63,805 nucleotides of DNA from Candidatus Magasanikiibacteriota bacterium (GTDB taxonomy: Bacteria; Patescibacteriota; Patescibacteriia; Magasanikbacterales; GWA2-37-8): contig JBAYHH010000004.1 of assembly GCA_041666265.1 (NCBI GenBank), forward strand, positions 1 through 63,805, given 5' to 3'. Made by a program: the position numbers and the translations under genes. Below the pieces are notes generated by a model that made no database searches, had not been told where the DNA came from, and was given only the letters and a program-made list of their open reading frames with translations. This document shows positions 36,211 to 45,030 of this stretch, one piece after another (position 1 is the first letter of the stretch; the number at the start of each line of letters is the position of its first letter).

Positions 36211-37533
36211 ATGATAATTATTATAGCCATATATTTTGCGGTTTTTACCTTTTTCGCGTGGAAAAATTTCCGCGTCGCGATGATTTTTTTTATTTTGACA
36301 TTGCCGACATATTTAATCCGTTTTAAATTCGGCAATTTACCAAGCACCTTGCTCGAAGTGGAATTTACGGCGCTATTGATCGTGTGGGCGCTTAAATATT
36401 TTAAATCAGATTGGCCGCGGATTTTGGAGATTATCAAAAAACAGCGCGGGCTGTTTATTTTTGTCGGATTATTTTTTTTGGCGTCGGTTATAAATATTTT
36501 TATCAGCGGCATCGATGACAGTAATTATTGGCACATGACGGTGGAGGCGCTCGGTGTGTGGCGGGCATTTTTTCTCCAGCCGATGATATTGTTTTTTATT
36601 TTGCTCGGACGCTCGCGCGCGCCAGCAAGCGATATCAACGCGCGAGATTTAATGATCGCTCTATCTTTTTCTACCGTCAGCATTTCGGTAGTGGCTCTCA
36701 TCCAAAAGTTTACCGGTCAGCTCTACGCTCCCCAACTTTGGGACGATGTTTTGGGTGGGCGGGTGACGGCGTTTTTTACCACTCCCAACGCGATTGGACT
36801 ATTTGTCGCGCCTATAATTTTTTTGATGATAATAATACTCGCGAAAAAGGATTGGTCTTTGTCGGCTCAAATGTTTTATAGTGTGGCGGCGTCGTTGGTG
36901 CTGGCGATTTTTGCGATTTGGTTTTCGTATTCGCAGGGTGCGTGGGTGGCGCTCGCGGCCGGAGTAGTGGTGTTCGCGTATTTGATCGGTTGGCGCAAAA
37001 TCGCGGTGGTGGCGGTGTTATTCGCGCTTGCGTTTGGTCTTTATTCACCGGGCTTGCGCACCGCGATATTGTTTCAAGACCAGGCCGGCAAAAATCGTCT
37101 GACAATTTGGAGTTATACCGAAACATATTTGACCGCGTCGCCGTTGAATTTCGCTTTTGGCACCGGCATTCGCAAGTTTTTTGATAAAGTGCAAAAGCCA
37201 TATTATGATCACAAAAAAATCGAACCATTGCTTTATCCGCACAATATTTTGCTGAATTTTTGGACCGAGACCGGGCTTCTCGGCATGATTTCATTTACAG
37301 GAATTTTGGTTTATTTATTTATCATGACGGCGAGGATTTGGCGAGCAGAAAAATTATTGGGCGCGGGACTGGTTGCTGCGCTGATGGTATTTTGCATGCA
37401 CGGCCTCGTCGATGTGCCGTATTTCAAAAATGACTTGGCGTTTGGGTTTTGGATGATTGCATTTGTCATCCTGAGCACTAGCGAAGGATCTCTCATGAAA
37501 TTCAGTAAAGATTCTTCGTTTCACTCAGAATGA
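36211..37533 (+). CDS. O-antigen ligase (Wzy_C)-family membrane protein
   Basis: 440 aa, multi-TM, with a periplasmic-loop region typical of the family. The last ~23 codons and the stop are supplied by a repeat copy. Confidence 0.65.
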   Translation: MIIIIAIYFAVFTFFAWKNFRVAMIFFILTLPTYLIRFKFGNLPSTLLEVEFTALLIVWALKYFKSDWPRILEIIKKQRGLFIFVGLFFLASVINIFISGIDDSNYWHMTVEALGVWRAFFLQPMILFFILLGRSRAPASDINARDLMIALSFSTVSISVVALIQKFTGQLYAPQLWDDVLGGRVTAFFTTPNAIGLFVAPIIFLMIIILAKKDWSLSAQMFYSVAASLVLAIFAIWFSYSQGAWVALAAGVVVFAYLIGWRKIAVVAVLFALAFGLYSPGLRTAILFQDQAGKNRLTIWSYTETYLTASPLNFAFGTGIRKFFDKVQKPYYDHKKIEPLLYPHNILLNFWTETGLLGMISFTGILVYLFIMTARIWRAEKLLGAGLVAALMVFCMHGLVDVPYFKNDLAFGFWMIAFVILSTSEGSLMKFSKDSSFHSE

Positions 37534-37535
37534 CA
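37464..37535. repeat. GTCATCCTGAGC...GAATGACA palindromic repeat (family A)
   Basis: tgtcatcctgagcactagcgaaggatctc...agattcttcgtttcactcagaatgaca. Confidence 0.7.
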
Positions 37536-37543
37536 AAATAATT

Positions 37544-38041
37544 ATGTACTACCTCTATTCATTACTCACCGCCCCGGGTGTAGCGATTCACGAGCTCGCG
37601 CATGCGGTTTTTTGTTTGCTGTCCGGAGTAAAAATCCATCGGATCAAACTTTTTCAATTTGGTCCGACTGCGGGATATGTGGTGCATGATGAGCCGGAGA
37701 TGTTTTATCAGGCGCTTTTGATTTCACTTGGCCCCCTGATCATCAATTCGCTGTTGGCGATGGGGCTTTTTTCGCAGTTGGTCGAGCCATATGGGTGCTG
37801 GCAGGTGATACTCTTCGGCTGGCTCGGCATCGCGATTGGACTTCACGCTATTCCCTCGACCGGTGACGCGCAGACGCTTCTATCGATTGCCAATCGGCGC
37901 GTGTGGCGCAATCCTTTGATTATTCTCGGCTATCCATTTGTGCTCGCTATCTATATTTTAAATCTGCTCAAACGCCTGCATATCGATATCGTTTTTGTCG
38001 CGCTTTTGTTTTGGCTGGGGCGGATGTATTTAAAAGGATAA
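37544..38041 (+). CDS. Membrane protein with HExxH (DUF3267-like putative metallopeptidase)
   Basis: VAIHELAHAVF near the N-terminus; 4 TM. Confidence 0.5.
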   Translation: MYYLYSLLTAPGVAIHELAHAVFCLLSGVKIHRIKLFQFGPTAGYVVHDEPEMFYQALLISLGPLIINSLLAMGLFSQLVEPYGCWQVILFGWLGIAIGLHAIPSTGDAQTLLSIANRRVWRNPLIILGYPFVLAIYILNLLKRLHIDIVFVALLFWLGRMYLKG

Positions 38042-38045
38042 AATT

Positions 38046-38993
38046 ATGTTAGAACAATTCGCGCGGTATATTTCAAAAAATATATTTGGTATCGTCCCTC
38101 ACTCCCTACCCGACGAGGCGGTGAGTTTTTTTATTGCGGATATTATCAAAATATTTTTATTGCTCGCGGTGATTATTTTTTTTGTCTCCATTTTGCGGTC
38201 GTTTATTCCGCCCGAAAAAATACGCAAGATTTTGGCCGGCCGGCACCCGGTCGTGGGGCATATTTTGGCGGCGGTATTCGGAATATTTACGCCATTTTGC
38301 AGTTGTAGCGCCATCCCGTTGTTTTTGGGATTTATTGAAGTCGGTGTGCCGGTGGGGGTGACTTTTTCTTTTTTGGTTTCCGCGCCGATGGTAAATGAAG
38401 TGGCGTTGGTGTTACTGCTCGGGATGTTTGGGTGGAAGGTGGCGGCGTTGTATATTGTGAGCGGTTTGGTGATAGCGATTGTGTCGGGAATTGCGATCGC
38501 ACGCTTGAAGCCGGAGGATTTGGTGGTGATGGGGGATTACAAGAAAAAGATTTTTGAAAATAATTTGGGGGAGACTTGGGGTGAGCGCGCGCGATACGCC
38601 TATGGTTATACTAAAAATATTTTGAGTAGTGTGTGGCCGTATATTATTGTGGGCGTGGGGCTGGGCGCGTGGATCCATGGTTATGTACCCGCCGACTTTT
38701 TGGCGAGTTACGCGGGCGCAAATAAATGGTATGCGGTGCCACTCGCGGTCCTCATCGGCATTCCGCTTTACTCCAACGCCGCCGGAGTGATCCCTCTCGT
38801 GGGTGTTTTGATGGAAAAAGGCGTGGCCATGGGCACGGTGCTATCGTTTATGATGGCCGTGACCGCGCTGTCGTTGCCGGAGTTTATGATTTTGAAGCGG
38901 GTGATGAAGACGAAGTTGATCATTATCTTTGCGAGTGTGGTGGGGCTGGGGATTATTTTCACCGGGTATTTGTTTAATGGGGTGTTGAGGTGA
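38046..38993 (+). CDS. UPF0718/ArsP-like permease
   Basis: 315 aa, multi-TM, with the FCSCSAIPL motif. Confidence 0.7.
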   Translation: MLEQFARYISKNIFGIVPHSLPDEAVSFFIADIIKIFLLLAVIIFFVSILRSFIPPEKIRKILAGRHPVVGHILAAVFGIFTPFCSCSAIPLFLGFIEVGVPVGVTFSFLVSAPMVNEVALVLLLGMFGWKVAALYIVSGLVIAIVSGIAIARLKPEDLVVMGDYKKKIFENNLGETWGERARYAYGYTKNILSSVWPYIIVGVGLGAWIHGYVPADFLASYAGANKWYAVPLAVLIGIPLYSNAAGVIPLVGVLMEKGVAMGTVLSFMMAVTALSLPEFMILKRVMKTKLIIIFASVVGLGIIFTGYLFNGVLR

Positions 38994-39069
38994 CGGAATA
39001 GAAATAACGAGTATTAAAAAATGGCTTTTTGGCCATTTTTTAATATTTAGATAACTGGTTTTGCATTAT

Positions 39070-39342
39070 TTAAGAAAGAGAAACGGTCAGTTTTGCGTCA
39101 AGAGCTTTCGCGATTTTTGTCATAAAAATTAACGACGGATTATAGCTACCAGACTCAAGGCGCGCGATAGCCGATTGTTTGGTGCCTATTCTTTGAGCTA
39201 AAGTGGCTTGGGTAAAACCTTTGGTTAGGCGTTTTTGGATAATCATTTTTGCCAATGCAAATTCCGTATGCAGTTTATTATATTCGACGCGAATGGTTTT
39301 ATCTCTAAGTAGCTTTTGTTTTATTTTGGAGTATGATTTCAT
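39070..39342 (-). CDS. XRE-family HTH antitoxin (HigA-like)
   Basis: 90 aa with HTH GFTQATLAQRIGTKQSAIARLESG. Confidence 0.75.
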   Translation of the reverse strand: MKSYSKIKQKLLRDKTIRVEYNKLHTEFALAKMIIQKRLTKGFTQATLAQRIGTKQSAIARLESGSYNPSLIFMTKIAKALDAKLTVSLS

Positions 39343-39366
39343 AGCGAATTTAGTATAACATATATG

Positions 39367-39528
39367 TTATGTCTTGTCAAGGCTTGATATTTTTTGTTGA
39401 GCGATTGATATTTCTTTTATTGGAGTTTTTTGTGATTTTTTGACAAAACCATGCAGTATTACGGCTCGATTTAAATGAAATGTATAAAATAATCGAATTT
39501 CTTGTTGTCCTCGAATACGCAATTCAAA
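39367..39528 (-). pseudogene. N-terminally truncated HigB/Gp49-like (RelE-fold) toxin relic
   Basis: My own translation: FELRIRGQQEIRLFYTFHLNRAVILHGFVKKSQKTPIKEISIAQQKISSLDKT*. It matches the C-terminal half of Gp49/HigB toxins. No start codon, and an in-frame TAA lies just upstream. It sits 24 nt upstream of the HigA-like gene. Confidence 0.55.
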
Positions 39529-39584
39529 TAAATTACGACTTATATATTATAACAAAAATCGTCCGAAAAGACGATTATTGTTTT

Positions 39585-39659
39585 GTCTGGGTGACAGGAC
39601 TTGAACCTGCGGCCTCCTGGTCCCAAACCAGGCGCTCTACCAACTGAGCTACACCCAGA
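39585..39659 (-). tRNA. tRNA-Pro (anticodon UGG)
   Basis: Manual fold of 75 nt with anticodon loop TTTGGGA and T loop TTCAAGT. Confidence 0.85.
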
Positions 39660-39709
39660 TGAAATGAACAGTGAGAAATTTGGTAGCTCACTGGTAACGC
39701 TGTGCGTTG

Positions 39710-39791
39710 TGGTCCGAGTGGGAGTCGAACCCACATGCCTTGCGGCACGACATTTTAAGTGTCGCGTGAATACCAGTTCCACCATCGGACC
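39710..39791 (-). tRNA. tRNA-Leu (anticodon UAA)
   Basis: Manual fold of 82 nt with anticodon loop CTTAAAA, a long variable arm and GGTTCGACTCC. Confidence 0.85.
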
Positions 39792-39871
39792 ATTTAATGA
39801 TTAGTTTTATATCATATTAATCAAGAAAAATCAAGTGCCCGAATGGATCGTCTAGTTTTTAATCAATCGTA

Positions 39872-39948
39872 GTGTTCGCAGTGATATGATGTGCCAAAGC
39901 GACACTGCGGAGCACAAGGAGCGTGGCACATCATATCACTGCGAATAC
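39872..39948. repeat. Nested palindromic repeat (family B)
   Basis: Arms gtgttcgcagtgatatgatgtgcc/ggcacatcatatcactgcgaatac around the core agcgacactgcggagcacaaggagcg. Confidence 0.6.
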
Positions 39949-39984
39949 TACCTCATCTCTCAATTTTATGCTATAATACCCCCT

Positions 39985-41781
39985 ATGAAGCGCCCATATC
40001 ATCAGCGTGGATTTACTTTACTCGAAGTGCTCATCGCCGTCGCCATATTTTTGTTATTCGCGCTCGGCGTCTATGGCGGTCTGCAATTAGTGTATAAGAT
40101 CGTCTATCAGTCGCGCACGCGTATCCTTGAGACTACTCTCCTATCAGAGGAGCTCGAGGTAGTGCGTAATTTACCCTACGAAAGCGTCGGCATCCTCAAT
40201 GGCGTTCCGGCCGGGTTGCTCTCGCATACCAAAACCATCCAGCGCAATGGCGAAAGTTTTGATATTGTCACCACCGTGCGCAATATCGACGACCCATTTG
40301 ATGGCACCGCCGCGAGCACCACTCGGCGCGACACCTCGCCCGCGGATTACAAATTAGTCGAAATGTCGGCGATTTGTTCGGGCTGTATCCAGGCCGAACC
40401 GGTAATTCTGAGCACCATCGTCTCCCCCAAACAGCTCGAGGGCGCGTCGACTAATGGTCATCTTTTTATTCAAGTTTTTGATGCCAATGGATTGCCGATT
40501 ACCGGAGCGAATGTACATGTCGTCAATTCCGAGCCCAATCCCGACATCATCATCGACGATGTTACCGGTAATGACGGCTGGCTACGCGTGGTGGATACGG
40601 TCACCGGCACCATGGCCTATCATATCACGGTGAGCAAGTTCGGTTATTCGACTGACTTCACCACCACTACATCGGCCGTGAATCCCAATCCGCTCAAATT
40701 ACCGTCCAATGTCGCCACTCAAATGGTGACCGAAATATATTTTTCCATCGATCAATTGAGCGATATAAATTTACATACTATCGGGGCCAATTGCGTGGCG
40801 TTCGGGTCGCGTCCACTGCGCGTCTGGGGAGACAAATTGATCGGCACCGAGCCCGATGTTTATAAATTCAACCAAGCGATCACGACTGACGGCAACGGTA
40901 ATTACACTTTTTCCGATATCGAGTGGGACAAATATTCCGTTAGTTCGACCGGGGGCGTCTATGATGTTGCCGGTTCGATTCCGATGTTGCCCATAGATTT
41001 GATACCGGGATCAAGTCAGGATGTCTCGGTAATTTTGACACCCCACACTGCTAATTCTCTGCTCGTGAAAGTAGTGGATGCCGGCACCGGTTTGCCTTTG
41101 TCCGACGCGGAGGTGCGACTGTATAAATCCGGATACGACGAGACTATAGCCACCGGCGTGGGGTATTTGCGCCAAACCGATTGGTCGGGCGGCAGTGGTC
41201 AGGCGATTTATACGGCAACCAATAAATATTGGAGTGATGATGGCAAAATTTCGGTCGCGACCGCGGGTGACATAAAATTAAAAAAAACCGGACAGTATTA
41301 CCAGAGTTCGGGGTATTTGGAATCGTCCACCTTTGATGCCGGCGCGGGAGTGGATTGGAAAAATATTATTTGGGAACCACTATCGCAACCCACTCAGTGT
41401 GGATCTGATCCAGCGCGCATGCAGATCGCTACGAGCAACAGTTCAACGCCCGCGAGCTGGACATTCACCGGTCCCGACGGCACCGGCGCGACTTATTATA
41501 CGACCGCCAATACCGTAGTGCATAGCGGCAATGATGACAAGCGTTATCTGCGTTATCGTGTTTATTTAAGCACTGCTAACACTCGCTACACACCGACATT
41601 TTCGGAAGTGGCTTTTACCTATACCAACGATTGCGCGCCGCCGGGACAAGTTTTTTTCAGTGGTTTATCCGCGGATAGTTATACGCTGGAGGTTACTCGA
41701 GGCGGATATGATACGAGCAGCGGCGCTATCGAAATCGACGGCAATGATGATGCTATGATCGGTCTTTCGGTAAGCGGATAA
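39985..41781 (+). CDS. Large type IV pilin-like (pseudopilin) protein with prepilin N-terminus
   Basis: Start at MKRPYHQRG|FTLLEVLIAVAIF (prepilin cleavage/methylation motif). The ~560-aa C-terminus has repeated beta-sandwich-like segments (GANVHVVNSEP..., LVKVVDAGTGLPLSDAEVRLY). Confidence 0.75.
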   Translation: MKRPYHQRGFTLLEVLIAVAIFLLFALGVYGGLQLVYKIVYQSRTRILETTLLSEELEVVRNLPYESVGILNGVPAGLLSHTKTIQRNGESFDIVTTVRNIDDPFDGTAASTTRRDTSPADYKLVEMSAICSGCIQAEPVILSTIVSPKQLEGASTNGHLFIQVFDANGLPITGANVHVVNSEPNPDIIIDDVTGNDGWLRVVDTVTGTMAYHITVSKFGYSTDFTTTTSAVNPNPLKLPSNVATQMVTEIYFSIDQLSDINLHTIGANCVAFGSRPLRVWGDKLIGTEPDVYKFNQAITTDGNGNYTFSDIEWDKYSVSSTGGVYDVAGSIPMLPIDLIPGSSQDVSVILTPHTANSLLVKVVDAGTGLPLSDAEVRLYKSGYDETIATGVGYLRQTDWSGGSGQAIYTATNKYWSDDGKISVATAGDIKLKKTGQYYQSSGYLESSTFDAGAGVDWKNIIWEPLSQPTQCGSDPARMQIATSNSSTPASWTFTGPDGTGATYYTTANTVVHSGNDDKRYLRYRVYLSTANTRYTPTFSEVAFTYTNDCAPPGQVFFSGLSADSYTLEVTRGGYDTSSGAIEIDGNDDAMIGLSVSG

Positions 41782-41833
41782 TTATGTTGGCTTCGCCATA
41801 TAATCTCATTCGTTTCTCTCACTCATTTCGATT

Positions 41834-42442
41834 ATGAAAAAAAATACGCGCGGATTTACATTAGTCGAAGTTTTGGTCGCGATGGGCGTGTTTATTTTAA
41901 TTGGCGGGAGCATCGTCACTCTATTATCATACAGTTTTCGTTCGCGCAATATCATCTGGGAGCAATTGACCACTCAAAACGAAGGACGGAAAACAGTACA
42001 AGATTTTATCAATGAATTGCGCACGGCCGCGCAATCATCGATCGGCGCGTACGCGATCGAGGCGGCTGCGACCAGCTCGATTGTTTTTTACAGCAATATC
42101 GATCAGGATTCTTGGCGCGAGCGCGTGCGGTATTTTTTGGCGAGCACGACGCTGAAAAAAGGCATCACCAAACCCAGCGGCAACCCGCTCGCGTATCGCA
42201 CCTCCACCGAATCGATTACCGATATCGTGCATGATATTGCCGCCGGCACCACTTCGATTTTTTATTATTACGGCGATGATTACGATGGCGTAAATAATTC
42301 CTCCACGCTCGCGTATCCCATCGATGTCACCATGGTGCGCGTCGTAGGGATCAGATTATATATGGAAGAAGACCCGCATTTGTCGCCGGCGCCATTTATC
42401 GTGGAGAGCAAAGTCGAAATTCGAAATTTAAAGATAAATTAG
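41834..42442 (+). CDS. Type IV pilin-like minor pilin
   Basis: MKKNTRG|FTLVEVLVAMGVFILIGG prepilin motif. Confidence 0.75.
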   Translation: MKKNTRGFTLVEVLVAMGVFILIGGSIVTLLSYSFRSRNIIWEQLTTQNEGRKTVQDFINELRTAAQSSIGAYAIEAAATSSIVFYSNIDQDSWRERVRYFLASTTLKKGITKPSGNPLAYRTSTESITDIVHDIAAGTTSIFYYYGDDYDGVNNSSTLAYPIDVTMVRVVGIRLYMEEDPHLSPAPFIVESKVEIRNLKIN

Positions 42443-42461
42443 CGGTCAAGTAAAAAATATT

Positions 42462-43847
42462 ATGAGTTTGGCTAAAAAATTATTTAAAATTTTTCAATTA
42501 AATTCTCGCGGTAATATTTTACTCCTCGCGATTGTTTTTGGTTTTATCGGATTTTCGGTGGTGGTGGGCGCGGTGACGAGCTACGCGATCGCGGAAAATC
42601 GCGCGTCGGTGCATAAGCATAATCGCGAGATGGCTTTTCAAATCGCCGAGGCGGGGATCAATTATTATCGCTGGCATTTGGCGCACGCCAAAGACGATTT
42701 TCAAGATGGCACCGGAGCGGCCGGGCCGTATATCCATGCCTATACTGACAAAGACGGCAATGCGATCGGACACTTTGAGCTTGAGGTGGGCGCGCCCTCG
42801 CCTGGGTCCACCGTAGTCGAGGTGACCTCGACCGGCTGGCTTGATTCCCAGCCCGATTCGCGGCGCAAGATGAAAGTGCGTCTCGGTTTTCCTTCGCTCG
42901 TGGATTACGCGTTTCTCACCAATACCGATGTGTGGATCGGCGATACCGAGGCGACCCATGGCAAGTTTCACGCCAATGGCGGCATTCGATTTGATGGCAC
43001 GGCGGACGCGCCGGTAGTATCGGCGATGGCGACTTATACCTGCAAAAGTTATCATGGTTGCGGCAATCAGACCAAGCCCGGGATTTGGGGCGATGGCACG
43101 CCGGATGATTATTGGCAATTTCCGGTGCCGGCCAAAGATTTCGAAGCGGTCACGCAAAAACTCGCGGAAGTAAAAACCGGCGCCGACCCTGACAACGGCG
43201 GGATTTATTTGACCTCATCGGGTGAGCAGGGGTATCGGTTGTCTTTTCAATCCAATGGCGCGATCAATATTTATAAAGTGACGGCGACCAATTGTTATAA
43301 CGGCCAAGATGTGAACAGTAATAAGTATGAATCTTTTTGTATTGACATCAAAACCACCGGATCGGCTGTCACCTACACTATGCCCACGAGCGGTATGATC
43401 TACGTGGAGGATAATGTGTGGGTGGATGGGGTGGTAAATGGCCGGGTGGTGATCGGCACCTCCGCCGGCAAGGATGTTATTGTCAATGGCAATATTTTGT
43501 ATGCGGCCAAAGACGGCCGGCACGCGCTCGGACTGATCGCGGAAAATAATATTTTGATTCCGCATGATTCGCCGGATTACCTCGAAATCGACGCGGCCTT
43601 ACTCGCGCAAAATGGCGCGTGCAAGCGGTATTATTATGCCGGCAATAAAAAAACTTCGCTGACTATTTATGGCGCCATCATCACCAATAAGATTTGGACT
43701 TGGAGCTGGGTATCGGGCGGAGGGTCGGTGGTATCGGGGTATCTTCACACCGATTCAACCTATGATGCCAACCTGACTTATGGTCCGCCACCCGGGTTTC
43801 CGGTGGGGTCGGAATACAATTTGATTAGCTGGGAGCTGATTGATTAA
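42462..43847 (+). CDS. PilX-N-like pilus assembly/minor pilin protein
   Basis: N-terminal TM followed by MAFQIAEAGINYYRWHL (PilX_N-like); 461 aa. Confidence 0.55.
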   Translation: MSLAKKLFKIFQLNSRGNILLLAIVFGFIGFSVVVGAVTSYAIAENRASVHKHNREMAFQIAEAGINYYRWHLAHAKDDFQDGTGAAGPYIHAYTDKDGNAIGHFELEVGAPSPGSTVVEVTSTGWLDSQPDSRRKMKVRLGFPSLVDYAFLTNTDVWIGDTEATHGKFHANGGIRFDGTADAPVVSAMATYTCKSYHGCGNQTKPGIWGDGTPDDYWQFPVPAKDFEAVTQKLAEVKTGADPDNGGIYLTSSGEQGYRLSFQSNGAINIYKVTATNCYNGQDVNSNKYESFCIDIKTTGSAVTYTMPTSGMIYVEDNVWVDGVVNGRVVIGTSAGKDVIVNGNILYAAKDGRHALGLIAENNILIPHDSPDYLEIDAALLAQNGACKRYYYAGNKKTSLTIYGAIITNKIWTWSWVSGGGSVVSGYLHTDSTYDANLTYGPPPGFPVGSEYNLISWELID

Positions 43848-44027
43848 ATCAAAAATTTAATATCTAAGGTTTGGTTGGCGTTGATACGCGATACTTGTAA
43901 AAATAGCCAAATAAATGTAAAATATTTATTAGATGAATTGGATGAAATTAGTAAAATACTGGCTTCCAGCATTATTACCCTAAAAAGCAAAAAATAAATT
44001 TTTGATTTTTGACATTTAATATTTGAT

Positions 44028-44894
44028 ATGATTAAGAAACTCGTTATCCCCGTCGCCGGTCTTGGCACGCGATTTTTGCCAGCCACCAAGGCCCAGCCCA
44101 AAGAAATGATGCCGGTGGTGGACAAGCCCATCATCCAATATATAGTGGAGGAAGCGGTGCGCGCCGGCATCACGGATATTATTTTAGTCACCGGTCCATC
44201 CAAACGCGCGGTGGAGGATCATTTCAGCCCCAATTACGAGCTCGTCAGCTGGCTAAAAAAACAAGGAAAAACCGAGGTGGCGGCCGAAGTCAAGAAAATC
44301 GCCGATTTAGCCAATTTTATTTTTATTCGTCAAAAAGGACCATACGGCAATGGCACCCCGATACTATGCGCCAAATCCGTGATCGGCAATGAGCCGTTCG
44401 CGGTGATGTGGGGCGATGAGTTTTTCATGTCTGACAAAAAACCCACTCTGCAACAAGTGATCGAGACTTTCGAAAAATATGGCGATCCGGTCTTGGCCGC
44501 GCATCGCGTGGACAAAGATGGCACCAAAAAATACGGCATCATGGACGGTGTTGAAATTGAAAATAAAGTTTTTCAGGTGAAGAATATCGTCGAAAAACCC
44601 GGGCCGGAAAAAGCCCCGTCGTCATTGGCGATTTTGGGCGGCGGCGGTTATGTTTTGACGCCGGACATTTTTGAGGCGCTCGAAAATACCAAGGTTGGCA
44701 AAGGGGGAGAGCTGTGGCTCACCGACGCGATTTTTAAATTGCTCAAAAAACGCCCGCTCTACGCGCGTGAAGTCGATGGCGAGTATTACGACACCGGCTC
44801 TAAGCTCGGTTATCTCAAAGCCAATGTGGAATTCGCCTTGCGCGACGCCAAATTGGGCGCGGATTTTAGGAAGTATTTGAAAAGTGTGGTATAA
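44028..44894 (+). CDS. galU: UTP--glucose-1-phosphate uridylyltransferase
   Basis: KLVIPVAGLGTRFLPATKAQPKEMMPVVDKPIIQY. Confidence 0.9.
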   Translation: MIKKLVIPVAGLGTRFLPATKAQPKEMMPVVDKPIIQYIVEEAVRAGITDIILVTGPSKRAVEDHFSPNYELVSWLKKQGKTEVAAEVKKIADLANFIFIRQKGPYGNGTPILCAKSVIGNEPFAVMWGDEFFMSDKKPTLQQVIETFEKYGDPVLAAHRVDKDGTKKYGIMDGVEIENKVFQVKNIVEKPGPEKAPSSLAILGGGGYVLTPDIFEALENTKVGKGGELWLTDAIFKLLKKRPLYAREVDGEYYDTGSKLGYLKANVEFALRDAKLGADFRKYLKSVV

Positions 44895-44955
44895 TATAGC
44901 CACGAAATTTTGAATTTTTAATTTCGAATTTCGAAGAGATTTATTTCGTCGTCAG

Positions 44956-45023
44956 TGTCATTCTGAGCGTAACGAAGAATCTTCATGGTGTTGACCAGAT
45001 CCTTCGCTTTGTTCAGGATGACA
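44956..45023. repeat. Family A palindromic repeat
   Basis: tgtcattctgagcgtaacgaagaatcttc...gatccttcgctttgttcaggatgaca. Confidence 0.7.
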
Positions 45024-45030
45024 ATATAGT

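Noticed and set aside
39886-39984. N-terminal extensions of track ORFs (39886, 46512, 49282, 50753, 17278, 2987, 29309, 33251, 31904, 3762)
   Set aside because: The extensions run through palindromic repeats, hairpins or upstream gene ends. Internal ATGs give canonical N-termini (prepilin motif, signal peptides, ATGA overlap, an SD at 48458), so the starts were moved.
43870-43997. Short frame ending ...NSQINVKYLLDELDEISKILASSIITLKSKK*, resembling the C-terminus of four-helix-bundle (23S IVS-type) proteins
   Set aside because: It has no start codon, spans only ~40 codons and the similarity rests on memory alone. At most it is a gene relic, which is too weak to annotate.
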